Shown: one piece after another, positions 55,550 to 63,246 of the stretch | How positions within the stretch are numbered: position 1 is the stretch's first letter | Layout of the letters: each line of letters starts with the position of its first letter | Source: a virus | Taxonomy: Duplodnaviria > Caudoviricetes | Direction: 5' to 3' (one strand) | Virus record (IMG/VR): IMGVR_UViG_3300020044_011668 | Location: 1 to 63,246 of that record | DNA: 63,246 nucleotides | The notes under the pieces: generated by a model | The model's database searches: none | What the model saw: only the letters and a program-made list of their open reading frames with translations | What the model was told of the DNA's origin: nothing | Program-made: the position numbers and the translations under genes

Positions 55550-55885
55550 ATGACAACTGAAGTGAGCCAGCGTCACCCCATGTTTACCAAGAAGGTGGCG
55601 TCCATGCTCGCCGCAGCAATGCTTGCTACTTCGGTTGAGGGCAACAAGCCCAAGCCCCGCAAGCACAGCAAGAAGAGCACCGGCTACGCCAAAGCCCTAC
55701 AGGCAAAATTCACCGCCGCCAATGCGGCCTACGAGACGCGCAAGGAAGCCGGTGCCACGCTTGCCGGAATCGAGCGGGAATACGAACTCAAACCGGCCTC
55801 GCTCAAGGGCTGGCGCTCGCGCAGGCTGCTCTCCGGCGACGGGCAGGTCCGACGCGCGTGCCATAGAACATCACTGAACCCATGA
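55550..55885 (+). CDS. Basic protein with possible HTH
   Basis: TLAGIEREYELKPASLKGW. Confidence 0.5.
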   Translation: MTTEVSQRHPMFTKKVASMLAAAMLATSVEGNKPKPRKHSKKSTGYAKALQAKFTAANAAYETRKEAGATLAGIEREYELKPASLKGWRSRRLLSGDGQVRRACHRTSLNP

Positions 55886-56256
55886 ACCAGCAACACCTAT
55901 TCATGGGCATGCACGTAGGCTACGCACATTGCCCACATTGCATGAAGCTGCAGCGTTGGTTCTACGAAAGCGATCGGGCACTGACACTCTGCTTCAGCTG
56001 CGGCAAGACGACCCGCTGGGCCGAGTGTGTGCAGCCTGAGCGAAGCGACGAGTGGGTCCCGTTGGTGCTCGGCACCGAGATCTCCGTCGTGCAGAAAAAG
56101 GAACTGCACGGCAGGATCTCCTGCGGCTGGTTCAGCGAGGGCAAGGTGCTGATCGCTGACGCGAAAGACTACAATGGGGTCAAGAGCCCCGTCTTTGAAC
56201 AACTCGTCAAGCTGGCCCACGAAGAAGCGGCCCGACGCAACCAATCTCCAACATGA
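55882..56256 (+). CDS. Zn-ribbon hypothetical protein
   Basis: CPHC...CFSC. Confidence 0.55.
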   Translation: MNQQHLFMGMHVGYAHCPHCMKLQRWFYESDRALTLCFSCGKTTRWAECVQPERSDEWVPLVLGTEISVVQKKELHGRISCGWFSEGKVLIADAKDYNGVKSPVFEQLVKLAHEEAARRNQSPT

Positions 56257-57401
56257 ATCCTGAACCAACACTACCAGACCACTCCGACCGCGCCCACGCG
56301 GTGTTCGGCCCGTCAAGCCTCAAATACTACGCCAAGTGCGCCGGTTACCACGGCCGCGACGGCACCAACCCCGCCGCCGAGATGGGCACGAGGATACACG
56401 AAGCCCTTGAGGTGCGCGACCCCTCTGCTTTGCAGACCGAGCAGGAGCAGCAGATCTACGACACCATGCTCAAGGACGAGCTTGAGGTTTTCGAACAGCT
56501 GTTCGGCGGCACCGAAGGGGTGACGATCCTGCGAGAACATCGCCTCGTGTTGGACCTGCCCACGGTGCAGACCCCTGTTTTCGGGACCGCCGACATCGTG
56601 GCCTACGACGGCCCTATCGGACTCTCGCTCGACTACAAGAGCGGCGTCAGCAAGATCGACGAGGTGCGCGACAACTGGCAAGCGAAGGCATACACCGTGG
56701 GCATGTTCCAGATGTTCCCATTCTTGGAACGGATCAACTTCGTGTTCTTGATCCCGCAGCGCAAGGAGGTGCTCGTGGATTGTTTCACCCGCGATGAGCT
56801 GCCCCGTCTGGTAGAGGAGATCAGCGCCGTCATTCGCGTGGCGGAAGCAACAAGACCCAAGTGGTCCGAAGGAGCGCCCGACATCGAGGAGCTCGGGCCA
56901 AGCACCAACTGCAGGTTCTGCAGGCACGAGGACACCTGCCCTGCGCTGGGCGCGGTAGCGGTTGCCGTTGCGCGCAAGTATAACCCGCTGGGCATCCCCG
57001 CTGGGCCGATCGACAGCACGAACCTGAGCGACCCGCAGACCATCGGAAAGCTCTACGTGGTAGCCAAGATCCTTGAAGAGTGGGCCAGCGGAATCAAGCG
57101 CAAGGCCGTGCTGCTGGCTGAAAGCGGCGTCGAATTCGACGAACTCAAGCTGCGATCTCTCGGCTCGTTGAAAAAAACCGTTGACAATAGCAAGCTCGCT
57201 GAGCTAGCAATGCAGCACGGTTTGTCGCACGACGAAATCCTCGCAGCAGCGAGCCTCTCGTTGTCGCAGCTTTCCGAGGTCATCGGCCAGAAAACGGCGC
57301 GTGGCAGAAAGACATCCGCCATACAGTCCTTTGAACACGATGCCCTTGATCGTGGTCTGGTTGAGGTAGGCCCCCCGAGGCACACCCTGAGCAGCAAGTG
57401 A
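56253..57401 (+). CDS. Cas4-like PD-(D/E)xK exonuclease (DUF2800)
   Basis: HAVFGPSS...C, GTRIH, GTAD...DYKSG, Q...Y, CRFC.....C. Confidence 0.85.
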   Translation: MNPEPTLPDHSDRAHAVFGPSSLKYYAKCAGYHGRDGTNPAAEMGTRIHEALEVRDPSALQTEQEQQIYDTMLKDELEVFEQLFGGTEGVTILREHRLVLDLPTVQTPVFGTADIVAYDGPIGLSLDYKSGVSKIDEVRDNWQAKAYTVGMFQMFPFLERINFVFLIPQRKEVLVDCFTRDELPRLVEEISAVIRVAEATRPKWSEGAPDIEELGPSTNCRFCRHEDTCPALGAVAVAVARKYNPLGIPAGPIDSTNLSDPQTIGKLYVVAKILEEWASGIKRKAVLLAESGVEFDELKLRSLGSLKKTVDNSKLAELAMQHGLSHDEILAAASLSLSQLSEVIGQKTARGRKTSAIQSFEHDALDRGLVEVGPPRHTLSSK

Positions 57402-57547
57402 ATTTCCAGCGCCTTTGATGCCGTCTCCATTTGATGTGGGTGTAGCGGCGGCACAAAGGTAACCTTTCTCCCTAACGGGAAAACGGGCTCGGGTGGGGGT
57501 CCGAAACAAACCCGCAAGGCCCCCGCCACAACCAGAAACCAGAAACC

Positions 57548-58231
57548 ATGAGTTCCAAAAAGGAAGCCGAAGAAGTGTCCGTCGCCGTTGTGGTCGTGGA
57601 CGAAGCCCCGAAGCAGAACACCGCCGTTGCCGCCCGCCCGAGTGGCAACATGGCATTCGTTTCGGAGGACATTGAGATCCCGCGCCTGAACGTGATCCAG
57701 AAGATGAGCACGATCGAAGGCCCTACCGGTGCTGTGACGATCGACAAGGAAGCCGTCTTGCTCGCAGCCGAGCAGAAGGTTCCGGTCATTGTCGTGGGTG
57801 CCGTCAAACGCTGGAAGGAAGACATCCCCTACGACGAGGACAAGATCCCGAAATACGCCAACACCAAGGACGAGGCAGACCTGCTCGCCGCGGAAAGCGA
57901 CTACGAGATCACCGAGTTCGCGGAGCTGGTGCTGTTGATCCCCCAGATCGAAGGTGCCGACGAGGAGCTGTTCCCCTACCCGATCGGCGACACCAACTAC
58001 CAGTTGGGTCGCCTGACGGTTCAGAAGGACGCATACCGCATGACCTACAAGCGGTTGTTCACCTTCCAGACCTTCAACCCGTCGCTGCCAGTGGCTTCCC
58101 GCCAGTGGACGTTCGGCACCGAGTTGATGTCGAAGGGCAAATACACTTGGTATGTCCCAACGCTGTCGGTCACCAAGCAGGAGACCCCTGCCGACGTGCT
58201 CGCCTTTGTCGCCAACACCAACGGAAACTGA
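57548..58231 (+). CDS. Putative single-stranded DNA-binding protein
   Basis: DIEIPRLNVIQ motif, aromatic beta C-terminus, between the exonuclease and polymerase. Confidence 0.6.
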   Translation: MSSKKEAEEVSVAVVVVDEAPKQNTAVAARPSGNMAFVSEDIEIPRLNVIQKMSTIEGPTGAVTIDKEAVLLAAEQKVPVIVVGAVKRWKEDIPYDEDKIPKYANTKDEADLLAAESDYEITEFAELVLLIPQIEGADEELFPYPIGDTNYQLGRLTVQKDAYRMTYKRLFTFQTFNPSLPVASRQWTFGTELMSKGKYTWYVPTLSVTKQETPADVLAFVANTNGN

Positions 58232-58235
58232 TACC

Positions 58236-58457
58236 ATGCGAACCCTGAAACAAGAAGTGCTCAGCAAGGAAGCGGCTGGAATGCAGCATGCTCTGGACGA
58301 ACTTGACAGCAAGATCGGCCAAGCCCAAGCCCAGCGCGAAAGCATCGCGATCCTGCTGGAAGCCGTTACCAACGCGCTGGACCCCGTGACCGAAGAGCAG
58401 CTCGAACTGCCCTTCCCCGAAAACGTGATCGAGTTCCCCGCGCACGGCGTGAACTGA
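58236..58457 (+). CDS. Small coiled-coil protein with QLELPF motif
   Basis: 73 aa. Confidence 0.6.
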   Translation: MRTLKQEVLSKEAAGMQHALDELDSKIGQAQAQRESIAILLEAVTNALDPVTEEQLELPFPENVIEFPAHGVN

Positions 58458-58472
58458 ACCCGCGAAACCAAC

Positions 58473-58510
58473 GGCGGGGTTCCTGTAACACGGGAGCCCC
58501 GCCTTCTTCT
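58473..58510 (+). terminator. Rho-independent terminator
   Basis: GGCGGGGTTCCTGT-aac-ACGGGAGCCCCGCC followed by TTCTTCT. Confidence 0.7.
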
Positions 58511-58516
58511 CTACCA

Positions 58517-60325
58517 ATGAATCCAGAAACGATGAATCCGAAACGCCAGTTCAAAACCTACGCAATCGACTTTGAGTCCTACTACGACAGCGATTGTTCC
58601 ATCACCACCCTTGGCCCACGTGGCTACTTCTCGCACCCCGACTTCGACGCCTACATGGTGACGGTCGTCGGCGATGACGGCTTTGTTTACGCGGGAAACC
58701 CGCGCTCCTTGGATTGGAGCATGTTCGATGGCGCAACGCTGCTGTCGCACAACGCGAGCTTTGACGAATCCCTTTACCTCTACGGTGTAGCGCAAGGCTG
58801 GTTCGGTTCGTGCCTGCCCGCTGAGTGGCATTGCACCGCCGACATGGTTGCCTTCCTTGGGCTACCACGTGCCCTGAAGAACGCCAGCGCAACCGTGTTT
58901 GGCCTCACCGTCGACAAGACGGTTCGCGACAACATGAAGGGCAAGCGTTGGGAAACGATGTCGGAAGAATTCCAAGCCGAGGTCACCGAATACGCGATCA
59001 AGGACTCCGAACTCTGCCTTCGGCTCTGGCAAGAACTCGGCGAGAAATGGCCGCAGCGCGAGCGTGAGATCAGCGCCCTGAACCGCAAGGTGGGTCAGCG
59101 TGGCTTGCCAATGGACGTGGAGCTGCTGCAGAAGAATCTCGCGTTGATCAAGACCGCCCTCTTCGAAGCGGAACAAGCGATCCCGTGGACGAAGGACCAC
59201 ACACCCCTTTCGCGTAAAGCGTTCAACGAGCAGTGCCGCAAGCAGGGCATCGTGCCGCCGTCGTCGCTCGCACAGGATAACGAGGACGCAGACAAATGGT
59301 TTGCGGCCCACCAGCAAGCCTGCCCTTGGGCGCGCGCCGTGCAGGACTACCGCCGGATCAACGCCTTCCTCAAGAAGCTGGAGGCCTTCGACAAAGGCAC
59401 GATGGGGGACGGTCGCTACTACGGCGGGCTCATGTATTGCGGGGCCAACCCAACCGCCCGCTTCAGCGGGAGCGGCGGCAACCTGAACCTGCAGAACCTC
59501 CCACGAGATGAGAAGTTCGGCGTGAACTTCCGGCACATGATCCGCCCTGCCGCAGGCAAGAAGCTGGTCGTGGTTGACCTCGCGCAGATCGAGGTGCGCA
59601 CGCTGTTCTGGTGGGCGAAGGACGAAAATGCCCTCAAGATGATCCGTGAAAACGATGACATCTACGAGGTGGTTGCGATCATGCTCGGAATGCACGATCC
59701 AGCCAACGGGCCGCTCAAGAACAACAAACCGCTGCGGCAGCGCGTGAAGGCAATGGCCCTTGGTTGCCAGTTCGGTCTGAGCCCCGACGGGTTCGCGGCA
59801 TACAGCGGCATGTCTCTGCCAGAAGCAACCGACGCGGTAAACACCTACCAGAGCCGCATGCGCTCGGTAGTTCGGTTCTGGGAGGCCCTCAAGCAGGACA
59901 TCCAGATGTCCTGCTCGCTTGGTGAGGAACTCAAAATTGATCTACCGTCTGGGCGGTCGATGGGCTACGGCAAGCTCCGCAAGATGAAGGGCGTGACAAG
60001 CACCGGACGGGTGCGCTACTCCTTCGTGGGCAAGATGGTCCGCATGGGCCAGCTTCGGGACTTCCGCATCTGGCACGGCCTGCTCGCGGAAAACTCAGCC
60101 CAGAGCTTGGCACGAGACATCTTCTCTGACATGATGCTCAAGGTGGAGGCCGCAGGGATTCCGATCATCCTGCACGTGCACGACGAAATCGTCTGTGAGG
60201 TCCCCGAGGACGAAGCAGAAAGCGCTCTTGCCAAGATCATCGAAATCATGTCCACTCCTCCCGCTTGGATTCCCGACATCCCCGTTTCCGCGGAAGGCGA
60301 AATCCTCGACTTTTACTCCAAATGA
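58517..60325 (+). CDS. polA: DNA polymerase family A with 3'-5' exonuclease
   Basis: Exonuclease motifs DFE, HNASFD, YAIKD; NLQNLP; motif A DLAQIEVR; motif B R...KAMALGCQFG; motif C VHDE. Confidence 0.93.
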   Translation: MNPETMNPKRQFKTYAIDFESYYDSDCSITTLGPRGYFSHPDFDAYMVTVVGDDGFVYAGNPRSLDWSMFDGATLLSHNASFDESLYLYGVAQGWFGSCLPAEWHCTADMVAFLGLPRALKNASATVFGLTVDKTVRDNMKGKRWETMSEEFQAEVTEYAIKDSELCLRLWQELGEKWPQREREISALNRKVGQRGLPMDVELLQKNLALIKTALFEAEQAIPWTKDHTPLSRKAFNEQCRKQGIVPPSSLAQDNEDADKWFAAHQQACPWARAVQDYRRINAFLKKLEAFDKGTMGDGRYYGGLMYCGANPTARFSGSGGNLNLQNLPRDEKFGVNFRHMIRPAAGKKLVVVDLAQIEVRTLFWWAKDENALKMIRENDDIYEVVAIMLGMHDPANGPLKNNKPLRQRVKAMALGCQFGLSPDGFAAYSGMSLPEATDAVNTYQSRMRSVVRFWEALKQDIQMSCSLGEELKIDLPSGRSMGYGKLRKMKGVTSTGRVRYSFVGKMVRMGQLRDFRIWHGLLAENSAQSLARDIFSDMMLKVEAAGIPIILHVHDEIVCEVPEDEAESALAKIIEIMSTPPAWIPDIPVSAEGEILDFYSK

Positions 60326-62499
60326 GATACCGCCACATCAAGAACCTCCGCGCTGTTGCGGTCACCTGCAGCGACGAACCGCCGACCGTCACGACACCCA
60401 TTCCGGTGTTTGAGAACAAACCGGCCTACCGTGCATGGTGCGCCGACAACACGACCGACCATTGCTTCTACACGCTCGCCGAGGGAGACAACCCTTCGGC
60501 CCGTATCGGGGAAGACAACCCAGTCAACAAGCTGCACGGATTCATCGCCGACTACGATGCGCCTGTCGATTGGGACCGCGTTGACCAACTCCTGAAGGAC
60601 CGTGGGGACAGCGCACCAATGCCAACGTGGCGCACCCGCACGCAGTCCGGCTACGCGCGGCTGATCTGGGAGTTCGAAGAACCGCTGCCGATCTCCCCTG
60701 CTTTAGCAGAGGCGTTCCTCAAGCGTCTTTCGGATACCCTGAATGCCTCGCGCCTTCTAGCGGGCTTCGACCGCACGAGCCTCAAGCCAAGCCAGACCTT
60801 CGAGCTCGGGTCCAACTGGCAGCGCATCGGGGACCGGCTTCCTGTAACACACACGCATGCCGTGCTTCTGAAGGCGAGCAACGATTGCCCGCTTCGCTCG
60901 GAGGACACGAACATCCCGATCGACGAGGTCGCGCTTGAAGTCGCCAAAAGGTTCCCCGGAAGGTGGAACGGTGAATTCGCAGTGGGTGCCCGTGGCCCGC
61001 TGTTCTGGATCGACGACGGCATTGATCGTGAGGGGTGCCAAGTTCGCGAGGACGGCATGATCTGCTACTCGGATCGTGCCGGTAAGGGGTTCGTCGCGTG
61101 GCGTGAGATCTTGGGCAAGAAGTTCGTCGAGCAGTATGAGGAGGCAAAGCTGGGCTCGCTGGTTGACCAATACTGGTTCAGCGGCAGGAGCTACTACAAG
61201 CTCCTCAACGGCGGACCTATGGCTATTCCGAAGGATCAGCTGGTGCTGGAACTCAAGCGTGTGGGTTTCAGCCCGAAGCCGAAGAAGGGACAAACGCTCT
61301 CCGAAGTCGAGCAAGCCGTGCTCTACGTGAGCAACGACTGCCGCGTTGACGAAGTGGCCCCAGTTGTGTTCAGCAGCAAACGTGTCGTCGACTTCAACGG
61401 CAGGAAGATCCTGAACAACTGCAAGGCCATTCCGGTGAAGCCCGCCGCGAATGGTGATCCGGCGAACTGGCCGTGGCTCGACATGTTCCTGTCAAACTTC
61501 TTCGCGAAGGATGACGATGACCGTGAAACACTGCCCTACTTCCTCGCATGGTTCCGCCGCCTCTATCTGGCGGCTCTCGAAAACCGTCTGGATCAAGGGC
61601 AACTGCTGATCTTGCTTGGCCCAACGGGGCACGGCAAGTCGTTGCTCACGAACCAGCTTGTCGCAGGCGCGGTGGGTGGTTTCGCCGATGCAAGTGAATA
61701 CTTGTCTGGCAAGACCAGTTTTAACCGTGACCTCTGCGGAGCAGCCGCGTGGGTAATCGACGACTCCACTGCCGCCGCCACCTATGCCGACCAGCGCAAG
61801 TTCGTCGAGCTCACCAAGCGGTGCGTGGCCAATCCGCGTCTTGAGTATCAAGCCAAGTATGCCGATACCATTCCGCTGCCGTGGGCCGGTCGGGTCATGA
61901 TGTCCCTGAACATCGACGCCAACTCGCTCGCCGCGTTGCCTACACTCGATAGCAGCAATCGCGACAAGGTGATCGCGCTTCGGGTCAACAGCGCGTTCAA
62001 AATGAAGTTCGGCACCAATGATCAGAACGAAGCAACGATCCGAAGGGAGCTGCCCTTCTTCCTGAAGTGGCTCAGCGACTGGCAAGCTCCCGACTACGTG
62101 TTGGATTCAAGCCGTTTCGGGGTCGCCACCTACGTGGACTCCTTCGTGGAAGCCGCCGCCTACGACAACTCCAGCCGTAGCGCGATCGCAGAGATGATTG
62201 AGTTCTTCAGCAAGCGGGTCCGCGAGCACACCGAGCGGGCAACGTGGCGCGGGACGCTCACCGAGTTTCAGGTCACGCTGCATGACTGCAACGCGGGCCG
62301 GTCGGTCGGCAACAGCGTGAACCTCGAATTCATCCGGCGGGGTATGACCGTAATCGAAGAAGTCTGCATGCACAACAAGCACATCCGTCCGGTTCGGAGC
62401 TTCGGTCGGGGTGGGGGTAAGATCTGGGAGATTGATCTTTCCCCAGACTACGACATCGACCAAGAGTTCACCGGCTCAGCAGAGACCGCGGGTGCCTGA
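60322..62499 (+). CDS. Primase-helicase (primase-polymerase-like N-terminus, DUF5906/SF3-like helicase)
   Basis: IADYD, TQSG; Walker A GPTGHGKS, Walker B WVIDD. Confidence 0.75.
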   Translation: MRYRHIKNLRAVAVTCSDEPPTVTTPIPVFENKPAYRAWCADNTTDHCFYTLAEGDNPSARIGEDNPVNKLHGFIADYDAPVDWDRVDQLLKDRGDSAPMPTWRTRTQSGYARLIWEFEEPLPISPALAEAFLKRLSDTLNASRLLAGFDRTSLKPSQTFELGSNWQRIGDRLPVTHTHAVLLKASNDCPLRSEDTNIPIDEVALEVAKRFPGRWNGEFAVGARGPLFWIDDGIDREGCQVREDGMICYSDRAGKGFVAWREILGKKFVEQYEEAKLGSLVDQYWFSGRSYYKLLNGGPMAIPKDQLVLELKRVGFSPKPKKGQTLSEVEQAVLYVSNDCRVDEVAPVVFSSKRVVDFNGRKILNNCKAIPVKPAANGDPANWPWLDMFLSNFFAKDDDDRETLPYFLAWFRRLYLAALENRLDQGQLLILLGPTGHGKSLLTNQLVAGAVGGFADASEYLSGKTSFNRDLCGAAAWVIDDSTAAATYADQRKFVELTKRCVANPRLEYQAKYADTIPLPWAGRVMMSLNIDANSLAALPTLDSSNRDKVIALRVNSAFKMKFGTNDQNEATIRRELPFFLKWLSDWQAPDYVLDSSRFGVATYVDSFVEAAAYDNSSRSAIAEMIEFFSKRVREHTERATWRGTLTEFQVTLHDCNAGRSVGNSVNLEFIRRGMTVIEEVCMHNKHIRPVRSFGRGGGKIWEIDLSPDYDIDQEFTGSAETAGA

Positions 62500-63214
62500 G
62501 TTCCGAAACCGGAACCACGTATTCGTCGGAACGACACAACCTTCCATCTACGGGGTTCACGGAACCTTGTGGGTGGAAGGTTGCTTTTTGAACAAACTCA
62601 TCAGCGGGCAGCCAGCCGAGCAACCAGAGCAGGTGCTTGTTCTCGTGGCACCGGACGAAAAAATATCCATCGCACTTGCTACCGATGCTCTCGCGCTGGG
62701 CTTCAGATCCGTAGACCCGCGCCGCGTAGTGTGGCAGCGGTTTGTTTTTGCCGGAACCGGTTTTGACATCAATCGTCCTACCGTCCGGCAGCACGATGTC
62801 GCAGCTGAACCTCTGCGCGCCGACGCGTTCACCGCCGAGGTAGGCGTGGGCGAGGACCTCACCCAGCATCCCGTAGATATTCCCGCGCCCACCCCTCAAA
62901 GAGCCGTTTAGGACCCCCATTTTGCGTGCATCCTCGGCAGCACGCAGGCGTGTATCTCTATCTATTTTGACCTCAACCACTGCATCAGAACATGTTCGGC
63001 ATGATGCTGCGCCCACCGGTGCCGAAGGGGTCGATGTTCAACCTTGGCTGTGCCGCGCCGGTCGCAGAGGCTGCTTCTTCATCCAGCAGTTTGGTGCAGA
63101 GCTGCCAGTGGTAGTTGGCCCGTTCGAGGTCCGCGTTGTCCTCCGCGATCCGCCCGAGCAAACCGTGCTTCAACGCGCCGATGTTCGCCACGTAGCAAAT
63201 GTCGTCGTCGTCCT
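62328..63214. repeat. Terminal direct redundancy, copy 2
   Basis: Matches 1-887. Confidence 0.97.
62468..62980 (-). CDS. Redundant copy of the nuclease at 141-653
   Basis: Protein identical except one T/S change. Confidence 0.6.
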   Translation of the reverse strand: MVEVKIDRDTRLRAAEDARKMGVLNGSLRGGRGNIYGMLGEVLAHAYLGGERVGAQRFSCDIVLPDGRTIDVKTGSGKNKPLPHYAARVYGSEAQRESIGSKCDGYFFVRCHENKHLLWLLGWLPADEFVQKATFHPQGSVNPVDGRLCRSDEYVVPVSELRHPRSLLSR

Positions 63215-63246
63215 AAACGGCTCTTTGAGGGGTGGGCGCGGGAATA

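Noticed and set aside
56253-57401. Cas4-like gene as part of a CRISPR system
   Set aside because: It sits in the exonuclease-SSB-polA replication block, the usual context of phage DUF2800 nucleases; no array
63211-63246. Last 36 bp are the exact reverse complement of 62878-62913
   Set aside because: It truncates a gene at a short TCCT microhomology at the contig edge; typical fold-back chimera, not a biological inverted terminal repeat

Overview
The window is essentially one complete, circularly permuted tailed-phage genome with a unit length of 62,327 bp: positions 1-887 recur at 62328-63214 with about 21 mostly synonymous substitutions by my manual count. The build is podovirus-like: portal, scaffold, capsid, two tail fibres and giant internal virion proteins, with no tape-measure gene, RNA polymerase, integrase or tRNA recognised. 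There are four blocks. (1) Minus-strand head/lysis/tail genes at 141-19440, including a Tad2-family anti-defence sponge. (2) A probable physical end near 21.2 kb, followed by a hairpin-dense, mostly non-coding leader and a plus-strand early operon encoding an amidoligase, a GATase-II/GGCT fusion, a MoxR AAA ATPase and a zincin-vWA protein. (3) Minus-strand internal virion genes, including a 3439-aa polyvalent protein, and terL. (4) A plus-strand replication block: RuvC-like resolvase, SF2 helicase, frameshifted RNA ligase, Cas4-like exonuclease, SSB, PolA and primase-helicase. The most notable non-coding signals are a 192-bp element duplicated 25,001 bp apart upstream of both late operons, leaderless sigma70-type promoters, a family of three related early stem-loops, a 22-bp inverted repeat around the first early gene and a structured RNA cluster at 49.2-49.5 kb. 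Protein family calls come from motif recognition by eye; no database search was run. A Gram-negative host is inferred from the spanin pair. Verrucomicrobiota is only a weak guess from leaderless, SD-free starts.
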